Shown here in pieces: positions 6,003 to 15,149 of a stretch of DNA of 48,430 nt. The stretch comes from a virus, in the IMG/VR virus record IMGVR_UViG_3300005655_000001; one strand, given 5' to 3'. Positions within the stretch are counted from its first letter, which is position 1. Every line of letters begins with the position of its first letter. The notes beneath the pieces are model-generated. The model was not told the DNA's origin, did not search any database, and was given only the letters and a program-made list of their open reading frames with translations. A program made the position numbers and the translations under genes.

Positions 6003-6275
6003 ATGGCCCCCGAGACCTACCCAAAGCGCGAAGTGTGGATGGAGTACGACTGCCCCAACGGAGCAGACAACGACCTGCACGACGACAGCCTGGTTTACAA
6101 GGGCCAGCGCTTCACCTGCGCCATCTGTGGCAATGAGCACACCGCAGGCGTTGACGTGCAGATCGGCGTCGGGGTAGATGTCCTGATCGCCCCGTGCGAG
6201 TACGACTACAGCCAGCGCCAGTTTGTTGACTTACCCGAGTCGGCTGAGGCTTTGCGCAAGCTGGTGGAGGGATGA
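6003..6275 (+). CDS. Hypothetical protein with a CxxC...CxxC zinc-ribbon-like motif
   Basis: 90 aa from ATG 6003 (GGAAGG RBS, 2 nt after the upstream stop). It contains 'CPNG...CAICG'. Confidence 0.5.
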   Translation: MAPETYPKREVWMEYDCPNGADNDLHDDSLVYKGQRFTCAICGNEHTAGVDVQIGVGVDVLIAPCEYDYSQRQFVDLPESAEALRKLVEG

Positions 6276-6318
6276 CCATGGGAGGCGACGCAAGCATTGA
6301 AGGCTTGGACGATTGACC

Positions 6319-6465
6319 ATGGCATCCATGACCATCAAAGTTCGCATTGCATGGTGGGTGCGCTGGTATATCTCCGGCGTGGCGCTGCGCGCATTCATCA
6401 CGGGTGCACATCCCGACATGGAGAAGATCACGGCCACGGTCATGAAGGGCGTCAGGATCACATGA
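6319..6465 (+). CDS. Hypothetical 48-aa protein
   Basis: Hand-translated MASMTIKVRIAWWVRWYISGVALRAFITGAHPDMEKITATVMKGVRIT. Third-position GC is about 77%. I prefer it to the His-rich track ORF 6297..6500. Confidence 0.35.
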   Translation: MASMTIKVRIAWWVRWYISGVALRAFITGAHPDMEKITATVMKGVRIT

Positions 6466-6501
6466 CCCTAGCTCGCCTCCCCAACAGGCTGGCTCCATAG
6501 C

Positions 6502-6810
6502 ATGTCATACGACAACACCGACGGGCGGCTAAGAGGCAGGAAGCTCCAGGCCGCACGACTGCGGATATGGAGCAACAACCCGCACTGCGCGCGCTGCGGA
6601 AAGCTGGTCGCATACCCGCACGGCTTCGAGCTGGATCACATCAAGGCGCTGCACAAGGATGGCAGCACCAACGACGACGACAACATGCAGGTGTTGTGCA
6701 TCGAGGTCAAGGACGGCGTGAAGGTCGGATGCCACATCGACAAGACCGCAGAGGACATGGGCTACGCCAAGCGGGCTCGGTTCGATGCGAGTGGGCGCGT
6801 GGTGTGGTGA
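6502..6810 (+). CDS. HNH endonuclease (terminase-associated type)
   Basis: 102 aa with 'CARCG...ELDHIKALHKDGSTNDDDNMQVLC...CH'. It sits upstream of the packaging genes, as in HK97-like cos phages. Confidence 0.8.
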   Translation: MSYDNTDGRLRGRKLQAARLRIWSNNPHCARCGKLVAYPHGFELDHIKALHKDGSTNDDDNMQVLCIEVKDGVKVGCHIDKTAEDMGYAKRARFDASGRVVW

Positions 6811-6993
6811 CACTGGGGTGGACGTGCTGCCAATCAATCGCGCGTCCTGAGCGCATCTAGTGGGCTTGCAGTGGCAGGCAACTGGGCAGGGGGGGGCATC
6901 AGGTCTTTGGCGCCTTTTGCCTGGAAACCGGCCTGTACTTGCTTTGCGCACACCCGCGAAATGGCAATAGGGGGTTGAACCCCCGAGGAATAA

Positions 6994-8247
6994 ATGAAAA
7001 CGCACCCTGTCATCGTCAGCCGCAAGGTTGAGGATTTAATACCCTACGCGCGCAACAGCCGCACGCACAGCGATGCGCAGGTAGCGCAGATCGCGGCCAG
7101 CGTGCGCGAGTTCGGCTGGACGAACCCCGTGCTGGTGGACGGCGAGAACGGAATTATTGCGGGCCATGGCCGCATCCTTGCCGCGCGCAAGCTGGGTATG
7201 GACGAAGTGCCGTGCATTGAGCTGGCTGGGCTGACCGACACGCAGCGGCGCGCTTACATCATTGCGGATAACAAGCTGGCGCTGAATGCGGGATGGGACG
7301 ATGAGCTGCTGGCGATTGAGTTTGCCGAGCTGGCTGATGCTGGTTTCGACAACCTGCTGACCGGTTTCACGCAAGACGAGATTGACGCGCTGACGCCCGA
7401 GCAAATTCCCGAAGGCTTGACGGACGAGGACGCTGTGCCCGAGTTGCAGGCCGAGCCGGTGAGCAAGCTGGGCGACGTTTGGCTGCTTGGTAGGCATCGG
7501 GTGATGTGCGGGGATTCGACCAGCATTGATGCGTTCGGCGCGCTCATGGGCGGACAGTCGGCAGACATGGTTTTCACAGACCCTCCTTATGGCATGAGCT
7601 ACGAGGGCGGTCGTGGAAAGAAGAATTTCGGGATGATTAAGGGAGACGACGCACAAGGCGACAGCCTGATTGCGCTAGTTCAGGAGGCATTGGCTACAGC
7701 CAAGTCCCGAAGCAAAGATGGATCTGCCTTCTATGTGTGTTTCCCGTGGCGGACTTATGCGGAATTCGAGGGCGCACTTAAATCCTGCGGGGTTGAGGTG
7801 AGTGCCTGCATCGTGTGGGACAAGAAGAGCATTGGCCTTGGGCATCAGCACTACCGGCCACAGCATGAGTTCATTTTCTACAGCAAGGGCGGCAACTTCC
7901 ATGGCGACCGCAGCGAATCGGACGTCTGGTACATGGGGCGCGGCAACACAGGCGCGTATGTGCACCCGACGCAAAAGCCGGTCGAACTGGTCGAGAGAGC
8001 CGTTGGCAACAGCAGCAAGGCCGGCGATATCGTCGTGGATTGCTTCGGCGGATCAGGCTCGACGCTCATTGCCTGCGAGAAAACCGGCCGCCACGCCCGC
8101 CTGATGGAGCTTGACCCAAAGTATGTGGACGTGATCGTTCGCCGCTGGTGCGAATTCACTGGCAAGCAGGCCACACACGAAGCCACGGGCGCGACGTTTG
8201 CCGAGGTCGAGGCCGATAGCGCGCTGGCGATTCCCGAGGACGTATGA
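6994..8247 (+). CDS. ParB-like nuclease domain fused to an N6A/N4C DNA methyltransferase
   Basis: 417 aa. The N-terminal ParB-N-like region reads 'IPYARNSRTHSDAQVAQIAASVREFGWTNPVLV...GHGR'. The catalytic motif is 'TDPPYG' and the SAM motif is 'VVDCFGGSGST'. Confidence 0.85.
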   Translation: MKTHPVIVSRKVEDLIPYARNSRTHSDAQVAQIAASVREFGWTNPVLVDGENGIIAGHGRILAARKLGMDEVPCIELAGLTDTQRRAYIIADNKLALNAGWDDELLAIEFAELADAGFDNLLTGFTQDEIDALTPEQIPEGLTDEDAVPELQAEPVSKLGDVWLLGRHRVMCGDSTSIDAFGALMGGQSADMVFTDPPYGMSYEGGRGKKNFGMIKGDDAQGDSLIALVQEALATAKSRSKDGSAFYVCFPWRTYAEFEGALKSCGVEVSACIVWDKKSIGLGHQHYRPQHEFIFYSKGGNFHGDRSESDVWYMGRGNTGAYVHPTQKPVELVERAVGNSSKAGDIVVDCFGGSGSTLIACEKTGRHARLMELDPKYVDVIVRRWCEFTGKQATHEATGATFAEVEADSALAIPEDV

Positions 8248-8726
8248 CAGTCGGACGTAAGCCTACGCCGACAGCGCTCAAACTTGTCACTGGCAACAGA
8301 GGCAAGCGCGCCGTCAACAAGGCCGAGGCCGTGGTCGCCCTGGCCGAGCCGACACCGCCCGCGTTCCTGTGCGACGACGCCAAGGTCGAATGGGGCCGCG
8401 TGTGCAGCGCCCTGTACGCCGCTGGCCTGATGACGGAGCTAGACCGCGCCGCGCTGGCCGCCTACGCCGCCGCCTATGGGCGCTGGGCGCAAGCAGAGCG
8501 GGCGCTGAATCGGATGGCCGCCAAGGATGAATTAAACGCGGCGCTGATGATTAAGACCGTCAGCGGCAACGCCATACAAAACCCGCTCGTCGGGATCGCA
8601 AACAAGGCCAAGGCCGACATGGTGCGCTATGCCGCCGAGTTCGGCATGACCCCTTCGGCGCGCTCCCGCGTCACTGCGACCCCTGATGACAAGAAGCAAG
8701 AAGACAAAGCCGCCCGCTATTTCTGA
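8244..8726 (+). CDS. Terminase small subunit (P27 family-like)
   Basis: 160 aa with 'GRKPTPTALKLVTGNRGKR', '...QNPLVGIANKA...' and 'FGMTPSARSRV'. It is immediately upstream of TerL. Confidence 0.8.
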   Translation: MTVGRKPTPTALKLVTGNRGKRAVNKAEAVVALAEPTPPAFLCDDAKVEWGRVCSALYAAGLMTELDRAALAAYAAAYGRWAQAERALNRMAAKDELNAALMIKTVSGNAIQNPLVGIANKAKADMVRYAAEFGMTPSARSRVTATPDDKKQEDKAARYF

Positions 8727-10401
8727 CGCGGCTACGCAGTACGCGCTGGAAGTCGTGGCGGGCGAGCGGATTGCTGGGCCTCATGTGCGCGGCCAGTGCG
8801 CGCGGCACCTTCGGGATATGGCCGAGGGGCACAAGCGCGGGATGGTGTGGAATGTAGAGGCGGCGGAAAAGGCGCAAGGTTTTTTCGAGGACGTGCTGAA
8901 ACTCAACGGCGGCGACTTCGAGGGCAAGCCGTTTGCCTTGCTGCCCTGGCAGCGGTTTGTTATCGGTTCGCTTTTCGGGTGGACGGGGCCGGACGGGCAC
9001 CGCCGGTTCCGCAACGCTTACATCGAAACCGCGAAGGGTTCCGGCAAATCCCCCCTGGCCGCTGGCGTGGGCATGTTGGGGCTGGTGGCTGACAACGAGC
9101 CACGCGCGGAAATCTACAGCGCCGCCACGAAAAAGGATCAAGCCATGATCCTGTTCCGTGACGCCGTTGCGATGGTGGATCAATCGCCTGAGCTATCCAA
9201 GCGCCTGCAAAAGAGCGGCACGGGTGAGCGGTGCTGGAATCTTGCTTACATGGCGCAGGGCGCGTTCTTCAGGCCAATCAGTAGCGACGATGGGCAAAGC
9301 GGCCCACGGCCCCACATCGGCCTGATTGACGAGCTGCACGAGCACAAGACGAACACTGTGGTCGAAATGATGCGGGCCGGTACGAAGTCGCGCAGGCAGG
9401 CCATGATTTTCATGATTACGAATGCGGGCCACAACCGAATGGGGCCGTGCTGGGGGTATCACGAGTACGGCGCGAAGGTGGCAGCGGGTGAGGTGGAAGA
9501 CGATGCGTTTTTCCCTTTTGTCTGCGGGCTAGACGAAAGCGATGACCCGTTTGCCGACGAAACGTGCTGGCCGAAAGCGAACCCGTCACTGCAAGACGCC
9601 GATCTGCCGGGGATGAAATACATCCGGGAGCAGGTGGTTGAAGCGAAGGGCATGCCGTCCAAGGAGGCCATTGTCCGGCGCTTGAATTTCTGCCAGTGGA
9701 CGGACGCCGAGAGCCCATGGATCAGCGGCGAAGTGTGGCGCGGCGCGCAGCGTGACTTCGACTGGCAAGACTTGCGCGGGCGCCGTGCGGTTGCGGGGCT
9801 GGACCTATCCAGCACCACCGACCTGACAGGCATGGTTTTCCTTGTCGAACCTATCGAGGCTGGAGAACCGTGGCTGCTGGTGCCGTTCGCCTGGCTGCCC
9901 GATGTGGAACTGCAGCGCAAGGCCGACACCGACCGCGTGCCTTACCTGCAGTGGCGCGCCGAGGGCTACCTGGACACGACGCCTGGCCGCGCGATCAGCA
10001 AGCGCGTGATCCTGCAAAAGCTGTCGGCCATGTGCGACTTCTTCGAGATCGTGGCGTGTGGTTATGACCGCTGGCGCATCGAGGATCTGATGGCCATGGC
10101 GGCGGATGACGGCATCTCGCTGCCGGAAATGAGGCCGGTCGGACAGGGATACAAGGACTTCAGCCCGGCGCTAGAGACGTTCGAGCGAATGCTGCTGAAC
10201 GGCGAGATTGCGCACTCGGGCCACAAGGTGCTCGACTGGTGCATGAGCAATTCGGTGATCGAGCAGGATGGCGCGGAAAACCGCAAGCTGTCCAAGGAAA
10301 AAGCGACGGGCCGGATTGACTTGGCTGTCGCTGCAGTTATGGCCGCTGGCCTGATCAACACAACCCTCTCTACAGAGAAGTCCTTCTGGGAAACCGCATG
10401 A
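8686..10401 (+). CDS. Terminase large subunit
   Basis: 571 aa with Walker-A-like 'ETAKGSGKS', a nuclease half and the typical 'LLPWQRFVIGSLFGW'. Confidence 0.9.
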   Translation: MTRSKKTKPPAISDAATQYALEVVAGERIAGPHVRGQCARHLRDMAEGHKRGMVWNVEAAEKAQGFFEDVLKLNGGDFEGKPFALLPWQRFVIGSLFGWTGPDGHRRFRNAYIETAKGSGKSPLAAGVGMLGLVADNEPRAEIYSAATKKDQAMILFRDAVAMVDQSPELSKRLQKSGTGERCWNLAYMAQGAFFRPISSDDGQSGPRPHIGLIDELHEHKTNTVVEMMRAGTKSRRQAMIFMITNAGHNRMGPCWGYHEYGAKVAAGEVEDDAFFPFVCGLDESDDPFADETCWPKANPSLQDADLPGMKYIREQVVEAKGMPSKEAIVRRLNFCQWTDAESPWISGEVWRGAQRDFDWQDLRGRRAVAGLDLSSTTDLTGMVFLVEPIEAGEPWLLVPFAWLPDVELQRKADTDRVPYLQWRAEGYLDTTPGRAISKRVILQKLSAMCDFFEIVACGYDRWRIEDLMAMAADDGISLPEMRPVGQGYKDFSPALETFERMLLNGEIAHSGHKVLDWCMSNSVIEQDGAENRKLSKEKATGRIDLAVAAVMAAGLINTTLSTEKSFWETA

Positions 10402-12044
10402 AACTATGGCCTTTCAGCCGAAAGTCGAACGAGGACGGCTCGGTTCGTCACTCGCTCGATTTGTTCCGGCTGTTGGCCGGGTGGATGGGGACGAAAAGCG
10501 GCGCGTCGGTGTCGCACAAGTCCGCCCTAGAGGTGCCCGCTGTGCTGTCGTGCGTGCGCGTCATTTCCGAAGGCGTGGCGCAGGTGCCGTTTAAGGTTTA
10601 CCGGCAGGTGGGCGACAAGATCATGCCCGCCGCAGATCACCCGCTTTATCGCGTGCTGCACCGCAAGCCGAATGGATGGATGACCAGCTTCGAGCTGCGC
10701 GAAACCATGACCATTCATTGCGTGATGACCGGCGATGCTTATGCCTTCATCAACCGCGTGCGCGGTGAAGTCCGCGAGCTGATCCCATTCCCGCCTGGTG
10801 CTGTGTCCTGCAAGCAAAAGGACGACTACAGCCTGGAATACCAGATCACCGCCCCCAGCGGCAAGACTATGACAGTCCCGCAAGAGGCTGTCTGGCACTG
10901 GCGCGGCCCCAGCTGGGACGCCGTGAGCGGCTTGGATGTGGTCAAGATGGCCCGCGAAGCCATCGGGCTTGCCATGTCTGCCGAAGAGTCGCAGGCCCGA
11001 ATGCAAAAGAACGGTGCTGCGATTTCCGGCACCTACTCGGTCGAGGGGACGCTGAACGCGGAGCAATACAAGGCCATGCGCGCCTGGCTGGAGAAGGAAT
11101 TCGACGGCGCAGCGAACATGGGAAAAACCAAGCTGCTGGACAGAAACGCGAAGTTCCACCCGCAGAGCATGACCGGCATTGACGCGCAACTTCTGGAGAC
11201 GCGAAAGCACCAGATCGAGGAAATCTGCCGCGCCTTTCGCGTCATGCCGATCATGGCAGGGTACAGCGACAAGGCCGCAACCTACGCCAGCGCAGAGCAG
11301 ATGTTTCTCGCGCATGTGGTGCACACCCTCAGCCCCTGGTATGAGCGCATCGAGCAGTCTGCCGAGTTCCACCTTCTGACTGATGCCGAGGTGGAGGCAG
11401 GCTACTTCGTGAAATTCAACGCCGCCGGGCTCATGCGCGGCTCGCACAAGGACCGCAGCGAGTATTTCGCCAAGGCTCTCGGCTCTGGCGGATCGCCAGC
11501 GTGGATGACACAAGACGAAGTGCGCGCCCTGGAAGAACTGAACCCCATGGGCGGCGACGCAGCGCTGTTACCCCTTGGAAGCACGGCCGCGCCTGAGCCG
11601 GTAGACACATCCGCTCAGGATGCGCAAAACGCAAAGCAAGAGGCCCAGGTAGAAAGGGCAATTCAAGACATTTCAGAGGTGAAAACCCTGGTAAATATGT
11701 CCCTTTTGGCCCCAAAACAGCCTGTTTTACCCCCAAATACAGAGGTAAAAACAGGCGATACGCACATCCATCTGCCTGAAAACTTGGTCAAGATTTACAA
11801 CGAAGCGGCCAAACAAGAGCCATCACAAGTGACCGTCAACCTGCCAGAAGTGCAGCCCCCGGTCATAAACGTGGCCCCGGCAGAGGTGAAGGTTGATATT
11901 GCAGCGCCAAACGTGAGTTTTGAGGCTGTTATGCCTACCCCGAACATCATTGTTAGCCTACCGACCCGCAAGACAGACACGACAGTCACCCGCGACCGCG
12001 ACGGGAACATCCTTACCGCGACACAAATCGAACAGGACGCCTAA
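10398..12044 (+). CDS. Portal protein (HK97 family) with a C-terminal extension of about 150 aa at lower GC
   Basis: 548 aa. Position and portal-like core support the call. The tail (about 11580-12040) is rich in P/V/N and has visibly lower GC. Confidence 0.85.
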   Translation: MKLWPFSRKSNEDGSVRHSLDLFRLLAGWMGTKSGASVSHKSALEVPAVLSCVRVISEGVAQVPFKVYRQVGDKIMPAADHPLYRVLHRKPNGWMTSFELRETMTIHCVMTGDAYAFINRVRGEVRELIPFPPGAVSCKQKDDYSLEYQITAPSGKTMTVPQEAVWHWRGPSWDAVSGLDVVKMAREAIGLAMSAEESQARMQKNGAAISGTYSVEGTLNAEQYKAMRAWLEKEFDGAANMGKTKLLDRNAKFHPQSMTGIDAQLLETRKHQIEEICRAFRVMPIMAGYSDKAATYASAEQMFLAHVVHTLSPWYERIEQSAEFHLLTDAEVEAGYFVKFNAAGLMRGSHKDRSEYFAKALGSGGSPAWMTQDEVRALEELNPMGGDAALLPLGSTAAPEPVDTSAQDAQNAKQEAQVERAIQDISEVKTLVNMSLLAPKQPVLPPNTEVKTGDTHIHLPENLVKIYNEAAKQEPSQVTVNLPEVQPPVINVAPAEVKVDIAAPNVSFEAVMPTPNIIVSLPTRKTDTTVTRDRDGNILTATQIEQDA

Positions 12045-12448
12045 TGTCTCTATCCAACATCACCGAAGCCGCAGCACTTGACGTGTTCCTGCGCGGCATC
12101 GACCCTGCATACCGTGCGGGCGCTACCCAGTACCTCGCGCTGTTCACGGCTGACCCAGGCGAGCCCGGAAGCCTGGCAGCCGAGGCCAGCTATACCGGGT
12201 ATGCCCGCGTGGCGCTGACCAAGGCGACCGCCTGGACGGGAACATCGAGCCCGTTCACTAATGCCGCCCTGATTCAGTTCGGCGCGTGTACGGCGGGCAC
12301 CAACGCCTTGACGCACTTCGCTGTCGTGGACACCGCTTCTGGCGCTGTGGCCATGATGATTTCCGGGGCCTTGTCTGCGACGCTGAATGTGAGTTCTGGC
12401 ATCCAGCCGCAGTTTGCCCCTGGCGCTTTGAGTATCTCTGCTGAATGA
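12044..12448 (+). CDS. Unassigned virion-module protein (small family often seen next to tail fibre genes)
   Basis: 134 aa. The ATG overlaps the portal TAA. The pattern 'LDVFLRG...YLALFTADPG...YTGYARVAL...FGAC...THFAVVD...GALSISAE' recalls, from memory, a widespread phage family of unknown function. Confidence 0.6.
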   Translation: MSLSNITEAAALDVFLRGIDPAYRAGATQYLALFTADPGEPGSLAAEASYTGYARVALTKATAWTGTSSPFTNAALIQFGACTAGTNALTHFAVVDTASGAVAMMISGALSATLNVSSGIQPQFAPGALSISAE

Positions 12449-13326
12449 CCATGCCCGGCTTTCGCAACCTTCGTGAGCTGTCCGACGCGCAAGACGCGGG
12501 CCGCTACCTGTACGCGAGTTTTCGCAAGCAGGCCACGCAGACCACGGCGGCTGGGGTGTGGTTCGATCTCTCCATGAGCCCTGGCAACCCGGCCCCCAAT
12601 TACTACATTGGCTCGCCTGGCGTGTTCGTGCCCTTGAAGCAGAGCACGGACGGCGGCATTCGCCACGGTGGGAATGTCAACGCGCAAGGCCAAAAGAAGT
12701 TCTTGCGCAAGCTGATGGCGATGACGCCCACGGCGACGGCAACACCATTGAGCTGCAAGCTGCTGGACTACATCGGCTTCTACGGCTTCATTGACGAGAG
12801 CGTGCTGGATGAGCAGTTCATGGACAACACCACCGCGCCGACACGGTATGCCGATGGCGCAGGCGTGCAACTGATGCCCGTGGTTGTTGCCGGGCAGACG
12901 GGCGGGCAGCCGTTCACAGTGAATTACACCAACCAGGACGGTGTGGCAGGGCGCATATCGCGGAGCCATGTCATGTCCACGCAGTTCGTCAACGGCACGA
13001 TTTTGCACAGCATGCAGGCCAACGCCAGCTACCCCAACAACGGGCCATTCCTGAGCCTGCAAGCGGGGGATAGCGGGGTTCGCTCGGTGGAGTCCGTGAC
13101 AATCGGAGGTGCGGGTGATGTGGGCTTGTTCGCTCTGGTGCTGGTCAAGCCGCTGGCGACGTTCGCCCTGTTCGGCATCGACGCACCGACCGAAGTGGAC
13201 TACTTCACTGACATGGCCTTGATGCCCGAGATCAAAGACGACGCCTACCTCAACCTGATCGCCTTGCCGAACGGGACGCTATCGGGCGCGCCGGTCCACG
13301 GCGTCATCGAAACAACCTGGAACTGA
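12445..13326 (+). CDS. Unassigned protein, paralogue 1 of a tandem pair
   Basis: 293 aa. It shares ordered motifs with 13328..14221: HGGNV, LLDY/LLGFY, TRYADGAGVQ/PRYTDGAGVQ, GDSGVRSV/GDAGIRSV and LVKPL/LCKPL. Confidence 0.7.
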   Translation: MTMPGFRNLRELSDAQDAGRYLYASFRKQATQTTAAGVWFDLSMSPGNPAPNYYIGSPGVFVPLKQSTDGGIRHGGNVNAQGQKKFLRKLMAMTPTATATPLSCKLLDYIGFYGFIDESVLDEQFMDNTTAPTRYADGAGVQLMPVVVAGQTGGQPFTVNYTNQDGVAGRISRSHVMSTQFVNGTILHSMQANASYPNNGPFLSLQAGDSGVRSVESVTIGGAGDVGLFALVLVKPLATFALFGIDAPTEVDYFTDMALMPEIKDDAYLNLIALPNGTLSGAPVHGVIETTWN

Positions 13327-13327
13327 C

Positions 13328-14221
13328 ATGGCTGGCTTTACCTCGCAAGACGACATCATCAACAGCCTGACCGTCTCAGGCCGTGGCTACCGCGCCGACT
13401 GGCAAAAATCCACGTTCACCCCCACAGCCCACACAGCAGGTATGTGGTACAGCCTGTTTCGCGGCGGCGGCAACCCCGGTGCTGACACCATCCTGGGTAC
13501 GGGCACCAACCTGGCATTTCAGGCCCTGACAGATGCCACCACCAACGCCACGGGCATCCCGCACGGCGGCAATGTGGGCGGCTTTAAGGTGCTGCTGAAC
13601 GCTGCCGCGCAGACCGCAGCCGCGACCACTGCGCCCTGTGTGCTGATGCTGGTGGATTTGCTGGGCTTCTACCCCATCACCACCGTCACCGCCACGGGCG
13701 ACCAGGCGCTTAACAACACCGTCACCCTGCCGCGCTACACCGACGGCGCGGGGGTGCAGGCATTCTTGACGCCTTCAACTGTCATGGGCGCGGGCACGCC
13801 AAACATTCGCCTCACCTACACCGACAGCGGCGGAACTGCGGGCAATCTGACGCCAGCAACCCTACCCATTGGCAACACCGCCGCACCTGTGACGCAGATC
13901 GTTTACAGCGGCACGGGCGCTGGCAAGTTCGGCCCATTCGTTCCGCTGGCTACGGGCGACGCGGGCATACGCTCTGTGCAGCAGTTCAGCCTGTCGGCCA
14001 GCTATGTGTCAGGCGTGCTGAACCTGGTGCTGTGCAAGCCATTGATGACGCTGCCTATCACTACGCTGGGCGTGACTGCTGAACGCGACCTGGTGAACCA
14101 GTTTGCCAGCATGCCCAAGGTGTACGACGGCGCGTGCCTGGCCTGGCTGATGCTGGCTGGGGCCGCGACTCCGGTGGCATCACCTATCAGTGGCCACCTC
14201 GAATTTGGATGGGGGGCATAA
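13328..14221 (+). CDS. Unassigned protein, paralogue 2 of a tandem pair
   Basis: 297 aa. See the shared motifs listed for 12445..13326. Confidence 0.7.
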   Translation: MAGFTSQDDIINSLTVSGRGYRADWQKSTFTPTAHTAGMWYSLFRGGGNPGADTILGTGTNLAFQALTDATTNATGIPHGGNVGGFKVLLNAAAQTAAATTAPCVLMLVDLLGFYPITTVTATGDQALNNTVTLPRYTDGAGVQAFLTPSTVMGAGTPNIRLTYTDSGGTAGNLTPATLPIGNTAAPVTQIVYSGTGAGKFGPFVPLATGDAGIRSVQQFSLSASYVSGVLNLVLCKPLMTLPITTLGVTAERDLVNQFASMPKVYDGACLAWLMLAGAATPVASPISGHLEFGWGA

Positions 14222-14905
14222 ATGGCCCTGATTGGTAACGGCTCCGTCCTGCACAAGTCGCCCGGTCGTTTTCTGAACGGCTACGGGACGACGGGCGGCG
14301 GCATTGCGTCCATGCGCTGTGGTCTTAACAAGCACGGGATGCGGCGCAACGCTTACCAATCGTTCCACGCCAAGAGCGCCACACCTGATGGGCACTTGAG
14401 CCCCAGCGCTTGGGTGCTGCCCAAGACATCAGGCGGCATGAGCAGCCGCAACGTGACCGCGCTGAGCCTGTCGCCGACTGCAAGCATGGTGGGAGGTGTT
14501 ACCACGACAGGCACCAGCACCCTGACGTTCACGGTGTCGGATGCGGCGGGGCAGCTTATTTCGTCCGGCTCGGGCGTTGCATCGCTGGCTTTCACGTTCG
14601 CCAATGCGCTGCTGACGGCTTCGCTCAATGGCATCGGCGAAGCATCGTTCACGCTGAGCACGAACACGCCACCGCTGGGCGCAGAGGCCAGCGGCACGGG
14701 TGCGGCCAGCTTCACGATTACGGGGGCGCTGGTGCCGTATGCGATTGGCTCAATGTCTGGATCGACTGTGGACACGGCCACCTTGACCACTGCCGCCATC
14801 TTGGCCGCGATGAACGCCAGCCCACCGGGGGTGAACATCAAGTTGGTCAATGACGTAGCGGTAACGGGAGACGGCCAACCAGGCACGGAATGGGGGCCGC
14901 AGTGA
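14222..14905 (+). CDS. Unassigned Ala/Gly/Ser/Thr-rich protein with about four internal repeats of roughly 21 aa
   Basis: 227 aa. The repeated segments are GTSTLTFTVSDAAGQL, GSGVASLAFTFANALL, GIGEASFTLSTNTPPL and GTGAASFTITGALVPY. Confidence 0.6.
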   Translation: MALIGNGSVLHKSPGRFLNGYGTTGGGIASMRCGLNKHGMRRNAYQSFHAKSATPDGHLSPSAWVLPKTSGGMSSRNVTALSLSPTASMVGGVTTTGTSTLTFTVSDAAGQLISSGSGVASLAFTFANALLTASLNGIGEASFTLSTNTPPLGAEASGTGAASFTITGALVPYAIGSMSGSTVDTATLTTAAILAAMNASPPGVNIKLVNDVAVTGDGQPGTEWGPQ

Positions 14906-15141
14906 CATCAAGTTTCAACGGCTGGGGCAACAGTTGGGCGCAAACATGGGATCGAATCAGCGACCCCAATGCAATGTATGGCAGCGCCAGCATGACTTTT
15001 ATAGCGCTTGGCAGCTTGACCTCGACCAGCGCCGCAGGAAAACCAGTCGGTAAGCCGCGCTTTTACGCACAGCCTATCCCAATGGCAGACAACAGCAGGC
15101 AGCTACGCGAAGACGACAGCCTGCTACTACTTCTACTGTAA
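14890..15141 (+). CDS. Unassigned small protein (Trp-rich N-terminus, acidic/Leu-rich C-terminus)
   Basis: 83 aa with 'FNGWGNSWAQTWD' and C-terminal 'REDDSLLLLLL'. The start is uncertain. Confidence 0.45.
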   Translation: MGAAVTSSFNGWGNSWAQTWDRISDPNAMYGSASMTFIALGSLTSTSAAGKPVGKPRFYAQPIPMADNSRQLREDDSLLLLLL

Positions 15142-15149
15142 GGAGCCAT

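Noticed and set aside
6297-6500. A 67-aa His-rich ORF from the track.
   Set aside because: The alternative frame (6319..6465) has better third-position GC bias and a plausible amphipathic product, whereas the His-rich frame looks like an off-frame artefact. Even the replacement call is low confidence.
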